Notes: generated from the sequence alone by a model not told the origin. A DNA stretch of 64,000 nucleotides from Parcubacteria group bacterium (GCA_016181845.1 JACOYO010000001.1:33133-97132); one strand, 5' to 3'; positions 19,734-29,567 are shown, numbered from the stretch's first letter. Numbers and translations are program-made.

Positions 19734-20925
19734 TGAGAATAATGTTATCTATTTTTTCTTGCGAAAATAGTGTTGACGAAAGCAACCGCGAATTTTTAGA
19801 TAATTCCCGTCGAAGCTCCGTGTCTCGGAGCCGTACTAGCGCATCTGCAAACTCTTTGGGCGTTCGCGCAAAAAGCACGTGAATATTTTCTTTAAACTGA
19901 TACCCGGCCATTCCTCTTGGAGAAATAACCGCGGGAATACCGCGCGCAAGCGGCTCAAAAATTTTTTGCTGCATGCCGGCGCCCATAAGCGAGGGGATAA
20001 GAGCAATATCCATTGTGTCCAAGAAATCATCTAATTCTTTACCGAGTTTGCGCCCTGCATATATGACGTATTCATTAAAATATCCGTTAAATTCTTGCGG
20101 TACTTTGGTTCCTAAAATATGAAACTTGAAAGATCTGGGATACGTGCGCATGACGCGCGGAGCAATATCTCTTAAAATAGAGCGGAGCGCTTCTTTGTTG
20201 TGGTGCACATTGTATGTTGAACCCATAAAAAAAACATTGAGTGGTTCTTTTTGTGAAAACATATGCCGTTCGCGCAAACACATAGGAAGCCCGCGAAGCG
20301 GCAGTATTTCCACTTTTTTTGCTCCGTATTTTTTATAGACTTTTTCCTCATCCGGCGTAATGGCAAAAAGAAAATCACTCTTTTTTATCGTAATCAGTTC
20401 GCTTATCAATTTCGGCAAAAATTTTAAATAATTGCCAAACGTGCGGCCGTCTTCTTCCAAAAAGTGCGTCGGCTCGACATTGATCGAGCGGGTAATAATC
20501 GGAATATGTCTTTTTTGAAAAATAAAATACAGCGGCCACAGATACGTGTAATCAAACCATACAACATCAGGTTGCCATTCATCGGTAATTTTTTTTACCG
20601 TTTCAATAGTTTCTTTGTGAGCATATTCATACGCGGCTCCATCCCAATAGAGCGGATTAATGAATCTTTTAAGATAGAAGAAAGCACGCTGGGCTCCGTT
20701 CTTCGCCTTTTGAGACTCATACGGAAGAAGCGTAATCGGAATATCATATTGACGCGAAAAATCTTCGATGTTCTTCGTACTCTGAAAATCAAATACTTTG
20801 CCAACAATGTGCATGTCAAAGCCGAGCCGCTTTAATTGCTTGATGCCTTCGAAACGGTCTTTCTCACAGGCGCCAAGTGCTGGCAATGGAAATCGCGGAG
20901 TAATCACTAAAATCCGTTTGCTCAT
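19711..20925 (-). CDS. Glycosyltransferase family 1 (GT4); first gene of the ~18.6-kb minus-strand glycan operon
   Basis: C-terminal GT-B domain with KIFEPLARGIPAV; ~400 aa. Long hairpin-rich leader upstream. Confidence 0.7.
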   Translation of the reverse strand: MSKRILVITPRFPLPALGACEKDRFEGIKQLKRLGFDMHIVGKVFDFQSTKNIEDFSRQYDIPITLLPYESQKAKNGAQRAFFYLKRFINPLYWDGAAYEYAHKETIETVKKITDEWQPDVVWFDYTYLWPLYFIFQKRHIPIITRSINVEPTHFLEEDGRTFGNYLKFLPKLISELITIKKSDFLFAITPDEEKVYKKYGAKKVEILPLRGLPMCLRERHMFSQKEPLNVFFMGSTYNVHHNKEALRSILRDIAPRVMRTYPRSFKFHILGTKVPQEFNGYFNEYVIYAGRKLGKELDDFLDTMDIALIPSLMGAGMQQKIFEPLARGIPAVISPRGMAGYQFKENIHVLFARTPKEFADALVRLRDTELRRELSKNSRLLSSTLFSQEKIDNIILNVLNQWI

Positions 20926-21049
20926 AAGGCAATACTATACTATTTAGTACTTCTTTGGAAATAAGGGCACTTTTTGTCTTCGCCTGTATACCGACAGGCA
21001 GGCTCTGACGAAACAAGAATCACGATTCTCATTTCGCTATCAGCTCAGC

Positions 21050-21090
21050 AGAAATAAAACACCCCGCTCAAAACAAGCGGGGTGTTAAAC
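21050..21090 (-). terminator. Rho-independent terminator for the epimerase gene (21105-22175)
   Basis: CACCCCGCT-caaaacaa-GCGGGGTG hairpin, followed on the minus strand by TTTTATTTCTG. Confidence 0.6.
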
Positions 21091-21104
21091 AACAAGATAA
21101 AAAA

Positions 21105-22175
21105 TCACATATTATTTCGAAGCAAGTCAAGATTATCTTTCGTCCAGTGTATCATTTTGTCGATACCATCTCCCATGTCTGTTTCCGGAAACCAACCTAG
21201 ATCATTCCGCGCTTTGCCGATGCAAGAAATATAAATTTTCTGATCTCCTGGCCGCCAATCAGAAAACGAGTAGTCGATTGTTTTGCCCAATTTTTTACCA
21301 AGCAAGCGGATAAAATCAACGACTGAAGTGATATTTCCTGGACCGCCGCCAATATTATAAATCTGCCCGGCAGTTTTTCCAATGTGCTCAATCGCCTGGT
21401 AAAAAGCACGGCACAAATCACTCATAAAAAGAATATCACGTACTTGTTTGCCATTGCCATAGATGGTAATCGGCATATCAAGCATGGCACGGGCAGTCAG
21501 ATACGCAACCCATCCTTGGTCGACAATTCCAAACTGCCGTTCACCGTATATACACGATTGACGAAACACAACGGTACGTAAGCCGTATATGCGATGATAA
21601 TCCCGCACATACTGGTCTGCGGCGCCTTTTGAACAACCATATGGTGAATGAAAATCAAGCGGATATGTTTCAGGGATCCCCAGCTTCAATTCTCCATCAT
21701 AAAAAGCGTATCTGTTGTCGTATTCATCTATGATTTCTTGCTCCATGCCGCCATACACTTTGTTCGTTGACGTGAAAATAAAGATTGGGTTTTTACAAGA
21801 TAATCTAGCCGCTTCAAGCACATTGAGAGTACCGAGCGCATTGACTTTAAAGTCGTGCATCGGGCTGGAAACAGAGCTTGTCACCGCCACTTGCGCAGCC
21901 GCATGCAATATCACATCAGGTTGTGTATCTTGCATCAATTTATTCAGAAAATATCCGCCTTTATCAACTATGTCTAACATCACGCAACGCAACGGATAAT
22001 CCTTTGGAGGACACTCGCTCAGTAACCACATCAAATTGACATCTGATCCTTTGCGCGACAAGTCATCAACTATTATCACGCGCCATCCTTTTTCCAAAAA
22101 ATATTTTGCGGCATTGACACCGATGAACCCGGCACCGCCGGTTATCAAGATAGTTTTCAAGATCTCTCCTTTCAA
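21105..22175 (-). CDS. NAD-dependent sugar epimerase (extended SDR; CDP-paratose/tyvelose 2-epimerase-like)
   Basis: ILITGGAGFIGVNAA Rossmann motif, YGCSKGAADQY (Y-x3-K); ~356 aa. Confidence 0.75.
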   Translation of the reverse strand: MKGEILKTILITGGAGFIGVNAAKYFLEKGWRVIIVDDLSRKGSDVNLMWLLSECPPKDYPLRCVMLDIVDKGGYFLNKLMQDTQPDVILHAAAQVAVTSSVSSPMHDFKVNALGTLNVLEAARLSCKNPIFIFTSTNKVYGGMEQEIIDEYDNRYAFYDGELKLGIPETYPLDFHSPYGCSKGAADQYVRDYHRIYGLRTVVFRQSCIYGERQFGIVDQGWVAYLTARAMLDMPITIYGNGKQVRDILFMSDLCRAFYQAIEHIGKTAGQIYNIGGGPGNITSVVDFIRLLGKKLGKTIDYSFSDWRPGDQKIYISCIGKARNDLGWFPETDMGDGIDKMIHWTKDNLDLLRNNM

Positions 22176-22283
22176 AAATTATACTTCGCGTAATCTGCTT
22201 TTTCTCTCACTCATTTGATTATAAAAGATCTCTTTGCCATCAAAGATAGTCTATTTACTTCAATTGTGCAACAGGCGGTGCAA

Positions 22284-22976
22284 TTATTTAAACACATTAA
22301 ACCGCACGATGTGCCACATGGCGGCCAGCCCGTCTTTCCAGTTTATTTTTTTACCTTCTTCGTAGGTGCGTCCGTAGTAAGAAATGCCGATTTCATACAC
22401 TCGCCATTTCCCTTTCGCAACATACGCCGTCAATTCCGGCTCAATACCAAATTTTTTTGACACTAATTTATTTTTAAAACTGTCTGCCACTTCGCGGCGA
22501 AATGCTTTGTAGCACGTTTCCATGTCGGAAAGATTGAGCCCTGTGAAAATATTTGAGAGCGCGGTCAAAAACTTATTCGCCATGTAATGCCAGATATAAA
22601 GCACCCGATGCGGTTCGCTTCCGATAAAACGCGAACCATATACCACGTCGGCATGCCCCGACAACATAGGCGCGAGCAATCTGTCGTATTCAGACGGGTC
22701 GTATTCCAAATCGGCGTCTTGGATAAGCAGTATATCGCCGGTCGCATTCTGAAAACCGGTTTTTATTGCCCCTCCCTTGCCTTGATTTTTCTCATGAAAA
22801 ATATAGCGTATCCCTTTTATGTTTTTCAGAATATCGCGCGTGCCGTCAGTTGAGCCGTCATCAATAACCAAAATCTCTTTTTCTACCTGCGGCAAAGATA
22901 CCGCTTGCACCTGCGAAATAAGCTCTTTGATTGTCAGCTTTTCGTTGTAGGCCGGAATGATAATAGATAGTTTCAT
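22284..22976 (-). CDS. GT2 polyprenyl-phosphate sugar synthase (DPM1/ArnC-like)
   Basis: LSIIIPAYNE ... VIDDGSTDGT ... QDADLEYDP motifs; ~230 aa. Confidence 0.8.
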   Translation of the reverse strand: MKLSIIIPAYNEKLTIKELISQVQAVSLPQVEKEILVIDDGSTDGTRDILKNIKGIRYIFHEKNQGKGGAIKTGFQNATGDILLIQDADLEYDPSEYDRLLAPMLSGHADVVYGSRFIGSEPHRVLYIWHYMANKFLTALSNIFTGLNLSDMETCYKAFRREVADSFKNKLVSKKFGIEPELTAYVAKGKWRVYEIGISYYGRTYEEGKKINWKDGLAAMWHIVRFNVFK

Positions 22977-22993
22977 AAATAAGTAATGACGAA

Positions 22994-23132
22994 TTATGAA
23001 ATAGTATTTTTAGCAGAGCCTTGCGGACCCCGACAGTTATCGTCGTGGGAGCAGAGCATCCGCCCTGGGCGGAAGCATCCGCCCTGGGCGGAATGCGTGC
23101 TGTGCGAGAAATACTATTTCGTAATTTATAGT
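22994..23132. repeat. MITE-like intergenic repeat element, divergent copy E4, containing a 19-bp tandem duplication
   Basis: GAAATAGTATTTTTAGCAGAGCCTTGCGGA aligns with the E1-E3 5' module. (GCATCCGCCCTGGGCGGAA)x2 at 23056-23093 matches the E3 hairpin. Ends with the family terminus TTTCGTAATTTATAG. Confidence 0.6.
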
Positions 23133-23141
23133 AATAAAATA

Positions 23142-24506
23142 TTAACTAAACAAATGTCCTATTCGTTCCCGAATCCTATCAAGATTTCTTAGCGCGTCAA
23201 ATAAGGTATTGCTGAAAAGAAGCAGTGTAACAAGAGCCAAGACTTTCAATTCCCTGCGACCGCGCCATAAATCAAACAACCCATAACTGGCAAATATCGC
23301 AAAAAACGGATACACAAGAAATCGATACCTCGTTTCCACAATGATACCAATAATAGCGATGGGCATCATCACAAGCATCCAGAGTAACATTTTTGCGCGT
23401 TCTTTTTCATCCGCGGAAAGCTCTTTCATACGATAGATGCCCCAAAAACCGAAAATAAAAAGAATGGCGGAGTAAACCGCAGACAATGTAAGTGTTAAGG
23501 CCTTGCTCATTCCTTCCAGATGAAACCAAAATCCGGTCGGGCGAGCGAAACTAAAATAAATGGAAATTCGCTTAAAAGTAATTTCCAAAAATTCTATCGG
23601 ACGAGAGAAAATAAAGCCAAGCGATTCTTTGAGCGCGAGCTTATTCCCTTCTATCCTTCCCTCTTTCATAAATATTTCATTACCCTCGTACGGCTCAAGT
23701 TCGCCAGAGGCACCAGGATGATTTCCGGCAAGCAAATCATACCCAAACGCAAGGTTGGTCGGGATAAAGGTGTGATACATGCGATAATTGCGGACCGTCC
23801 ACGGAGTAAAGACAAGCGTAAGTACGATAAGAAACACGCCTAGTTCTTTCCAAAATTTTTGCCAGATAAAATAGCCCGCCAGCGGAAAGATTAAAAAAAG
23901 CGCCGGAGTGCGCACCAAGACCGCAAAACCAAATACCACGGCCAACAACATCAACAACCATATTGATGCATTGGCATTTCTTTCGATATATCGAAAGAAA
24001 ATATATACGCTTAAAATAATAAAAAATATCCCGAGTGTCTCTGTCATGAGCATGCCGTTTATCGTAATTAAATCGGGAGAAAAGCCGATAAGCCCAGCGG
24101 CAACGAGCCCGATTGGCAAGCTCCAATGTTCTTTGAATATTTGTTTGCTGATAAGAAAAATAAAAAACGCAGAAAATGCCGACAAAAGCGCATTAATAAT
24201 CCACACGACTTGATAGTGATGCCCGAACAAATAATAAACGCCAGCCAAAAAAAATTCATAACCGGGTCCGACGCGCAAAATGGCCAAATCTTCATCGTAT
24301 GAAAGATCCGCCTGCTCTTTATATCCGTTCCCCTGCACAAGATTCCATGCAATGTTGTCATATGCTCGCGCGTCAACCGCAGGTGCAATGTAAAAATAAA
24401 GAGAGTACGCATAGGCAACCAGAAAAATACCGAGAACGAGAAGGCCGATTATTTTTTTCTCCATATCGTCTTGATACAAACGAGAGAACATATTCTGCAA
24501 GGACAT
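23142..24506 (-). CDS. GT-C-family membrane glycosyltransferase (PMT/ArnT-like, GT39/GT83-type)
   Basis: ~13 transmembrane helices. N-terminal loop motif DARAYDNIAWNLVQGNGY resembles the first extracytoplasmic loop of PMT/ArnT enzymes. Sits next to a DPM1-like GT2. Confidence 0.55.
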   Translation of the reverse strand: MSLQNMFSRLYQDDMEKKIIGLLVLGIFLVAYAYSLYFYIAPAVDARAYDNIAWNLVQGNGYKEQADLSYDEDLAILRVGPGYEFFLAGVYYLFGHHYQVVWIINALLSAFSAFFIFLISKQIFKEHWSLPIGLVAAGLIGFSPDLITINGMLMTETLGIFFIILSVYIFFRYIERNANASIWLLMLLAVVFGFAVLVRTPALFLIFPLAGYFIWQKFWKELGVFLIVLTLVFTPWTVRNYRMYHTFIPTNLAFGYDLLAGNHPGASGELEPYEGNEIFMKEGRIEGNKLALKESLGFIFSRPIEFLEITFKRISIYFSFARPTGFWFHLEGMSKALTLTLSAVYSAILFIFGFWGIYRMKELSADEKERAKMLLWMLVMMPIAIIGIIVETRYRFLVYPFFAIFASYGLFDLWRGRRELKVLALVTLLLFSNTLFDALRNLDRIRERIGHLFS

Positions 24507-24526
24507 ACGCCAATCTTACCGATATC

Positions 24527-24576
24527 TCAAAAAAACAGCAAGAAAAAAGCGTTCTGCTTTGTTGCAGAACGCTTTA
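24527..24576 (-). terminator. Rho-independent terminator for the epimerase/dehydratase gene (24587-25528)
   Basis: AAGCGTTCTGC-tttgtt-GCAGAACGCTT hairpin with a T-run on the minus strand. Confidence 0.5.
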
Positions 24577-24586
24577 AAAATAAACC

Positions 24587-25528
24587 TCATCCTTTATTAT
24601 GTTCTCTTGCCCAATCAATATACCGAGCAATCCCATCAAAAAGATTCATACGCGGAGAAAATCCGAAACTTTTTGCCAGAGATATGTCCGCAGGGAAACG
24701 CGACACTTCGCCCGGACGCGGCTCACCGCGCACAATATCTACTTTCAACACATGCGCAATATATGCGGCAATGTCACAAACTCTAGTTTCACAGCCACTT
24801 GCAAGGTTGATTGCCTCTCCCCGTAGCGCTTCAGTATCGTTTTCTAAAATCAAATTATATCCATCAACAATATCGCTGACATGCGAATAATCGCGCGTTG
24901 CCGTCCCGTCTCCAAAAACAGTCAGGTCTTGCCCGATGAGCGCCCGAGACACAAGAATGGGTATCAGCGCCCCAAACGTACCGCTTTTTTGGCGTTCGCC
25001 ATACACATTAAACGGTCTGACAATTGTCACGTTTACACCGTATGTTTTGAAGTATGCATGACACATCCTATCGGCCGCCGCTTTTGACGCGGCATAGGGG
25101 CTATTCGGGCGAAGTTCTGCATTCTCTCGCAAACCTTCTCTTTCAGACAATACATGCCCGTCTCCATACACTTCACAAGTAGAGGCATAAATGAGCCGAG
25201 CCTGTTCTTTCCGCACTGCCTCCAAAATATACATCGTGCCTAACACATTCGCGTGGTAAAACGAAAACGGATCTTTCCTAGACTCGTCCACGTTAACGCG
25301 CGCCGCCAGATGAAAAACCACTTCATGCCCGCGAATGCTTTTTTCTATCAACTCTTTATCCGTGACGCTTCCCCATATCAGATTTATGCTAGACAACACA
25401 CGAGCAAGATTATTTTTTGCCTGTTCCGAATAGGTATTCAGAACAGAAACGTGATGTCCTTTTGCAAGCAACAATTCCACCAAATGACTACCCTGGAACC
25501 CGCCACCGCCGGTAACTAAAATTTTCAT
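24587..25528 (-). CDS. NAD-dependent epimerase/dehydratase (SDR; UDP-GlcA decarboxylase / dTDP-glucose dehydratase-like)
   Basis: ILVTGGGGFQGSHL Rossmann motif, YAASKAAADRM (Y-x3-K); ~313 aa. Confidence 0.75.
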   Translation of the reverse strand: MKILVTGGGGFQGSHLVELLLAKGHHVSVLNTYSEQAKNNLARVLSSINLIWGSVTDKELIEKSIRGHEVVFHLAARVNVDESRKDPFSFYHANVLGTMYILEAVRKEQARLIYASTCEVYGDGHVLSEREGLRENAELRPNSPYAASKAAADRMCHAYFKTYGVNVTIVRPFNVYGERQKSGTFGALIPILVSRALIGQDLTVFGDGTATRDYSHVSDIVDGYNLILENDTEALRGEAINLASGCETRVCDIAAYIAHVLKVDIVRGEPRPGEVSRFPADISLAKSFGFSPRMNLFDGIARYIDWAREHNKG

Positions 25529-25650
25529 TTGCTTATCCTTATGAGGGTTTTGTTAATTTCTAAAAGAACCGATTCGCCACGAATAGTAACACGCAAGACG
25601 TAAGGAGGTCAATTTCTTGATTTATTCCGACGGAACAATATGATATATGT

Positions 25651-26289
25651 ATGTCATTTATCAAAACATTCGCGAAACTCCCCATTGATTTAGGTCAGGG
25701 ACAATTCCGCCACACCACAAAAGCAAAGCTCATCGCTTTTGACAGCGTCCCCAAAAATACAGCAGATCATACGGCACTTGATGTCGGATGCGGTGACGGA
25801 TATTGGTCTGAAAAATTAAAAAGTATCGGATATCGAACAACTTCGGTCGACATGAACAGACCATACCCGAATATAGACTGGGAAACCCCATACAAAGATA
25901 CTATTTTTACAGACCTCAATAAGAAACTGCCGTTTCAAGACGCTTCTTTTGATTTGGTTTGGTGTTCGGAAGTCATTGAACACCTGGAAAATCCTCAAGC
26001 GATAATAAAAGAAATCGAGCGCGTGATAAAACCCGGGGGAAAATATATTCTTACTACGCCAAACTCATTTTTTTGGCTTCATTATTTTTTGAAACTGTTC
26101 GGGTTCTCCCATAAAGATTGGCAAAATGAGGGACATAAATATTTCTTTCATATAGATGATATACAAAGTCTTTTCCCAAAGGCCAGTATTTACGGTTATT
26201 TCCCTTATCTAATATTAAAATTCAAAATTAAACACTTGATAGGCCTCCTCTCTCCAAACTTTGTTATCGTTGTGGAAAAAGCAAAATGA
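25651..26289 (+). CDS. Class I SAM-dependent methyltransferase
   Basis: LDVGCGDGYWS motif I, DLVWCSEVIEHL motif; ~210 aa. Overlaps the downstream GT-C gene start. Confidence 0.7.
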   Translation: MSFIKTFAKLPIDLGQGQFRHTTKAKLIAFDSVPKNTADHTALDVGCGDGYWSEKLKSIGYRTTSVDMNRPYPNIDWETPYKDTIFTDLNKKLPFQDASFDLVWCSEVIEHLENPQAIIKEIERVIKPGGKYILTTPNSFFWLHYFLKLFGFSHKDWQNEGHKYFFHIDDIQSLFPKASIYGYFPYLILKFKIKHLIGLLSPNFVIVVEKAK

Positions 26290-27770
26290 TTGAACGATTC
26301 AATACCATATTTGAAAAAGCAACCGGACAATACCTGCTTCAACTTACGTCAGGCAAAGCGGGCCTCTGGATTTCCGTATTGTTCATTTTTGTATTTATAA
26401 ATATTTTTTCCCTCTCGACACTTACGACAAAACCGGCGCTTTGGTATGACGAGGGAATAAATATAGAATTGGCGCGAAATTTTTCCGAATTTGGGAAACT
26501 TGATTTGATGGTTCGGCCGATGCAATTCTCCGGACAAGGCGCGCTTATCGGCTCAACTGGATACACAACCACGATTCCTCTTGCGGCATTTTTTAAACTG
26601 TTTGGCTTTGGACTGTCGCAGGCGAGAGTGTACATGCTCCTCTGGATGAACATCATGCTTTTCTGCTTATTTTATTTCGCGAGAAAAAAATGGGGCGTGA
26701 GTGTCGCTCTCGCCACATTATTTCTAGTCGCCACTTTCGCTCCTTTTTTTGGAAATGGCCGCAGTGTTATGGGAGAAATCCCCGGTTTTACGTTTTTGCT
26801 GCTTTCTCTTATTTGGTATACAGAAAAAAACAATCTATTTGGTGCGGGCTTTTTTCTTGGCTTGGCTGTGATAAGCAAGCCGTCCGTGTATGTTTTCTTT
26901 ATCCCAGCTTTTGTCATCTTGTTATTATTTGAAAAAAAAGATTTCTTTGCGCGCATTATTCGATCGGGTGCTGGCGCGGTATTGCCGCTTCTCATTTGGG
27001 CAGGCATATATCCCGACACTGCATTCTCCCCATCAACATGGAAAAGTTTGAGCGATCATGCGAGCAACCCATACGAGCAGGCGCAGGTCACTTCTTTAAT
27101 AAACATAAAAAATAATTTGGCGGCATTTTTTGAATCGCCAACCTTACTTTATTTCTTGCTGTTTGCAATCATAATCATAAGCGCCCTATACATAAAAAGA
27201 GATTTTTATGAACAGAACAAACAGATTATCATACTCACCGCCTCATACGGAATATTGGAATTTTTTTACTATTTAAAAAGCCTGGGCTATCTTCGGTATC
27301 TTATCGCCCTGCAATTCTTAATCTTCATACTCCTTGTCCCCGCTCTAGAGACGCTCGCGAGACGCTTCGCTCCTCCGCCATACGGCAGTATTGCCATACG
27401 CGCGTGCATAGCGATACTCGTATTGTTCCAAGCCGCGTATCTTTTTTCGGGGGCAAAACTTTTTTATTCGGACAGTTCACAAAAAACATTTCAATATCTG
27501 GAAAACAATTTTGAGGGGCAAATAATCGGTATCGTCAACCTGCCAACAATAGCAAGCCTTATTCCCTCAACCCAAAGAATGCAGACTATTTCTACATATG
27601 GGCTTGACAATGTGGGGGAACATCCTTTATCGCTTGTGGCGGAGGCCTTGCCGCCAGTTATTGTTTTTGAAAATAATCATGTCTTTGAACCCCAATACGC
27701 CGAGGTGTTAAAACAACATTATTTGCCGGAGAAAACAATCGGAAATATTTTGATATATCGAAAATATTAA
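26286..27770 (+). CDS. GT-C-family membrane glycosyltransferase (PMT-like)
   Basis: 12 or more transmembrane helices. First-loop motif LWYDEGINIELARNF (DE motif typical of GT39/PMT-like enzymes). Convergent with and overlapping a DPM1-like GT2. Confidence 0.5.
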   Translation: MIERFNTIFEKATGQYLLQLTSGKAGLWISVLFIFVFINIFSLSTLTTKPALWYDEGINIELARNFSEFGKLDLMVRPMQFSGQGALIGSTGYTTTIPLAAFFKLFGFGLSQARVYMLLWMNIMLFCLFYFARKKWGVSVALATLFLVATFAPFFGNGRSVMGEIPGFTFLLLSLIWYTEKNNLFGAGFFLGLAVISKPSVYVFFIPAFVILLLFEKKDFFARIIRSGAGAVLPLLIWAGIYPDTAFSPSTWKSLSDHASNPYEQAQVTSLINIKNNLAAFFESPTLLYFLLFAIIIISALYIKRDFYEQNKQIIILTASYGILEFFYYLKSLGYLRYLIALQFLIFILLVPALETLARRFAPPPYGSIAIRACIAILVLFQAAYLFSGAKLFYSDSSQKTFQYLENNFEGQIIGIVNLPTIASLIPSTQRMQTISTYGLDNVGEHPLSLVAEALPPVIVFENNHVFEPQYAEVLKQHYLPEKTIGNILIYRKY

Positions 27771-28483
27771 AAGTAAATATCAAAAAAAATCACGACGAAG
27801 TCTTTTATAATCCTCGGGATGTGCCCGAAGATACCGTAGACACTTTTTCTTTTCTCTTCACAAGTAACCGGAATTTCTTTTATTTTTAGGCCGGCACGAT
27901 TCGCGCGAATCAAAAATTCAGTATCAAGCAAATCGCGATGAGTCTTGCATTGGCTGAACACGGGGGCCGCTTTCTCTCGGTTAAAAATCTTGATGCCGTG
28001 GGTATCAGTCCCCGGATACCGAAAAAGCGCCCGCAACGCGAAATTAAATATTCGGTTGAGCATCCTTCTTGAAAGCGGCCTTAGGTCATGGGCTCCCGGC
28101 ATAGATTTAGAGCAAACGACAATATCGCTCTGCTCCTTTTCAAAAGAAACAAGCGCTTTTTTTACTGCATCCATGTCCCAAAAATCAATATTGAACACGG
28201 CAATATATGCGCCACTGCTTTTCAAAACACCTTGTTTAAGGGCGTTCCCGTATCCGGCAACCGGCAGAGATATGAGGCGTATTTGCGAATATAGAGAGGC
28301 AAGTTCTTTTGCAATCAATACCGTATTGTCAGTGCTGCCGTTTTCCACTAAAATAATTTCGTAGTCAGCACGGTACAAAAAAGTCTCCACCGCCACGATA
28401 ATCTTTTCAATTTCGGTTTTTAAAATTTCTTGCTCGTTATAAACGGGAATAACGATGGATAATTTCTTAGTGTCATGTTTCAT
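27767..28483 (-). CDS. GT2 polyprenyl-phosphate sugar synthase (DPM1-like)
   Basis: LSIVIPVYNEQE ... LVENGSTDNT ... DxD motifs; ~238 aa. Confidence 0.8.
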   Translation of the reverse strand: MKHDTKKLSIVIPVYNEQEILKTEIEKIIVAVETFLYRADYEIILVENGSTDNTVLIAKELASLYSQIRLISLPVAGYGNALKQGVLKSSGAYIAVFNIDFWDMDAVKKALVSFEKEQSDIVVCSKSMPGAHDLRPLSRRMLNRIFNFALRALFRYPGTDTHGIKIFNREKAAPVFSQCKTHRDLLDTEFLIRANRAGLKIKEIPVTCEEKRKSVYGIFGHIPRIIKDFVVIFFDIYF

Positions 28484-28511
28484 GTCTTTTTAATATTTGC
28501 TTATCATAGCG

Positions 28512-29561
28512 TCATTTTTCTCTATTGAGAAGGTCGGTCATTTTTTTTATGACAGAGACGCCGCTGTGGTTTTGTATCACCAGAGACTGAAGCTCGCGGA
28601 GTTCATATTTTGAGGCCGTCTTGATTTCTAATATTTTTTGGACAATATAATCTGCGTTGGTATTCCGCAAAAGATGTTTTTCTGGCAACATTGCAAAAAA
28701 AGCTTCGTTTGAAGTGAGCACGTTAACCCCTGACGCCATCGCTTCAAGGACCGCCTTATCAAGACTTCCGGTTTCGCTCAAATTGATAAAGAGATCGCTT
28801 TTTTGATAAAAGGAGTGGATATCGGAATACGAAACCGCGCCAACAAAAAACACGCTGTCATCTATCCCCTTCGCTTGTATCTCTTTTTTTAATCGAATGA
28901 AATAGTCATAATCCGCATTTGTAATCGGCGCCCCGACAATTTTCATTTCAAAAGAAACGCCTTCTTTTTTCAAAAGTTCTGCCGCTTCAAGCATCATGTG
29001 AATATTTTTTGCCGGCGTAATTCTACTGACAGAAAGAATATTCAATTTTTCGTGCGGCCACTTGTCCACCGGATGAAAACGCTCCGTATCAATCCCATGT
29101 CCTACTACATGCACCTTGTCGCTTTTCAAACGAAAACTTTCTTTTGAGGCGGTAAAGATAATATCGGATAATTTTTCCGCGACGCGCAATTTCATATCAA
29201 CCTGTTTGTGCGTATACCATAGCGCAATTTTTTTAGACAAAAGTTTCCAAAACACACCTCCGAGCAAAATATATATCGGATTCATGTGCACGAAGACCGT
29301 ATCGTAATTTTTTTTCTCATTCCAGATATATCTATAAAACCTTGCGATATATCGAAAGGTTTTTATTACAGTGGCACCAGCAAATTCTTCTTTGCCGAGC
29401 GATAATACGGAAACATTCTGCGGCAAATGGTATTTGCCTTTTTGCAAACAAATAACCGTAACTTTTTCAGCATGCTTGGCAAATTCTTCAATCCACCGGA
29501 CAAAAAAACCGAGGTTGTCGTCCTGTTCGTCCACTTTTTGAGTTATGATAAGCAGTCGCAT
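28512..29561 (-). CDS. Glycosyltransferase family 1 (GT4); contains the 28-bp palindrome, copy A, in frame
   Basis: C-terminal GT-B domain (GSLDKAVLEAMASGVNVL); ~349 aa. The palindrome encodes KTFRYIARFY. Confidence 0.8.
   Translation of the reverse strand: MRLLIITQKVDEQDDNLGFFVRWIEEFAKHAEKVTVICLQKGKYHLPQNVSVLSLGKEEFAGATVIKTFRYIARFYRYIWNEKKNYDTVFVHMNPIYILLGGVFWKLLSKKIALWYTHKQVDMKLRVAEKLSDIIFTASKESFRLKSDKVHVVGHGIDTERFHPVDKWPHEKLNILSVSRITPAKNIHMMLEAAELLKKEGVSFEMKIVGAPITNADYDYFIRLKKEIQAKGIDDSVFFVGAVSYSDIHSFYQKSDLFINLSETGSLDKAVLEAMASGVNVLTSNEAFFAMLPEKHLLRNTNADYIVQKILEIKTASKYELRELQSLVIQNHSGVSVIKKMTDLLNREK
29334..29366. repeat. 28-bp near-perfect palindrome AAAACCTTGCGATATATCGAAAGGTTTT (copy A), inside the GT4 CDS
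   Basis: Same palindrome at 42936-42966 and 49363-49393. Confidence 0.85.
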
Positions 29562-29567
29562 AAAAAA

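Noticed and set aside
23056-23093. Tandem 19-bp direct duplication (GCATCCGCCCTGGGCGGAA x2) considered as a possible mini-CRISPR or tandem-repeat locus
   Set aside because: Only two units, no spacers and no cas genes. It is the duplicated hairpin half of MITE-like copy E4.
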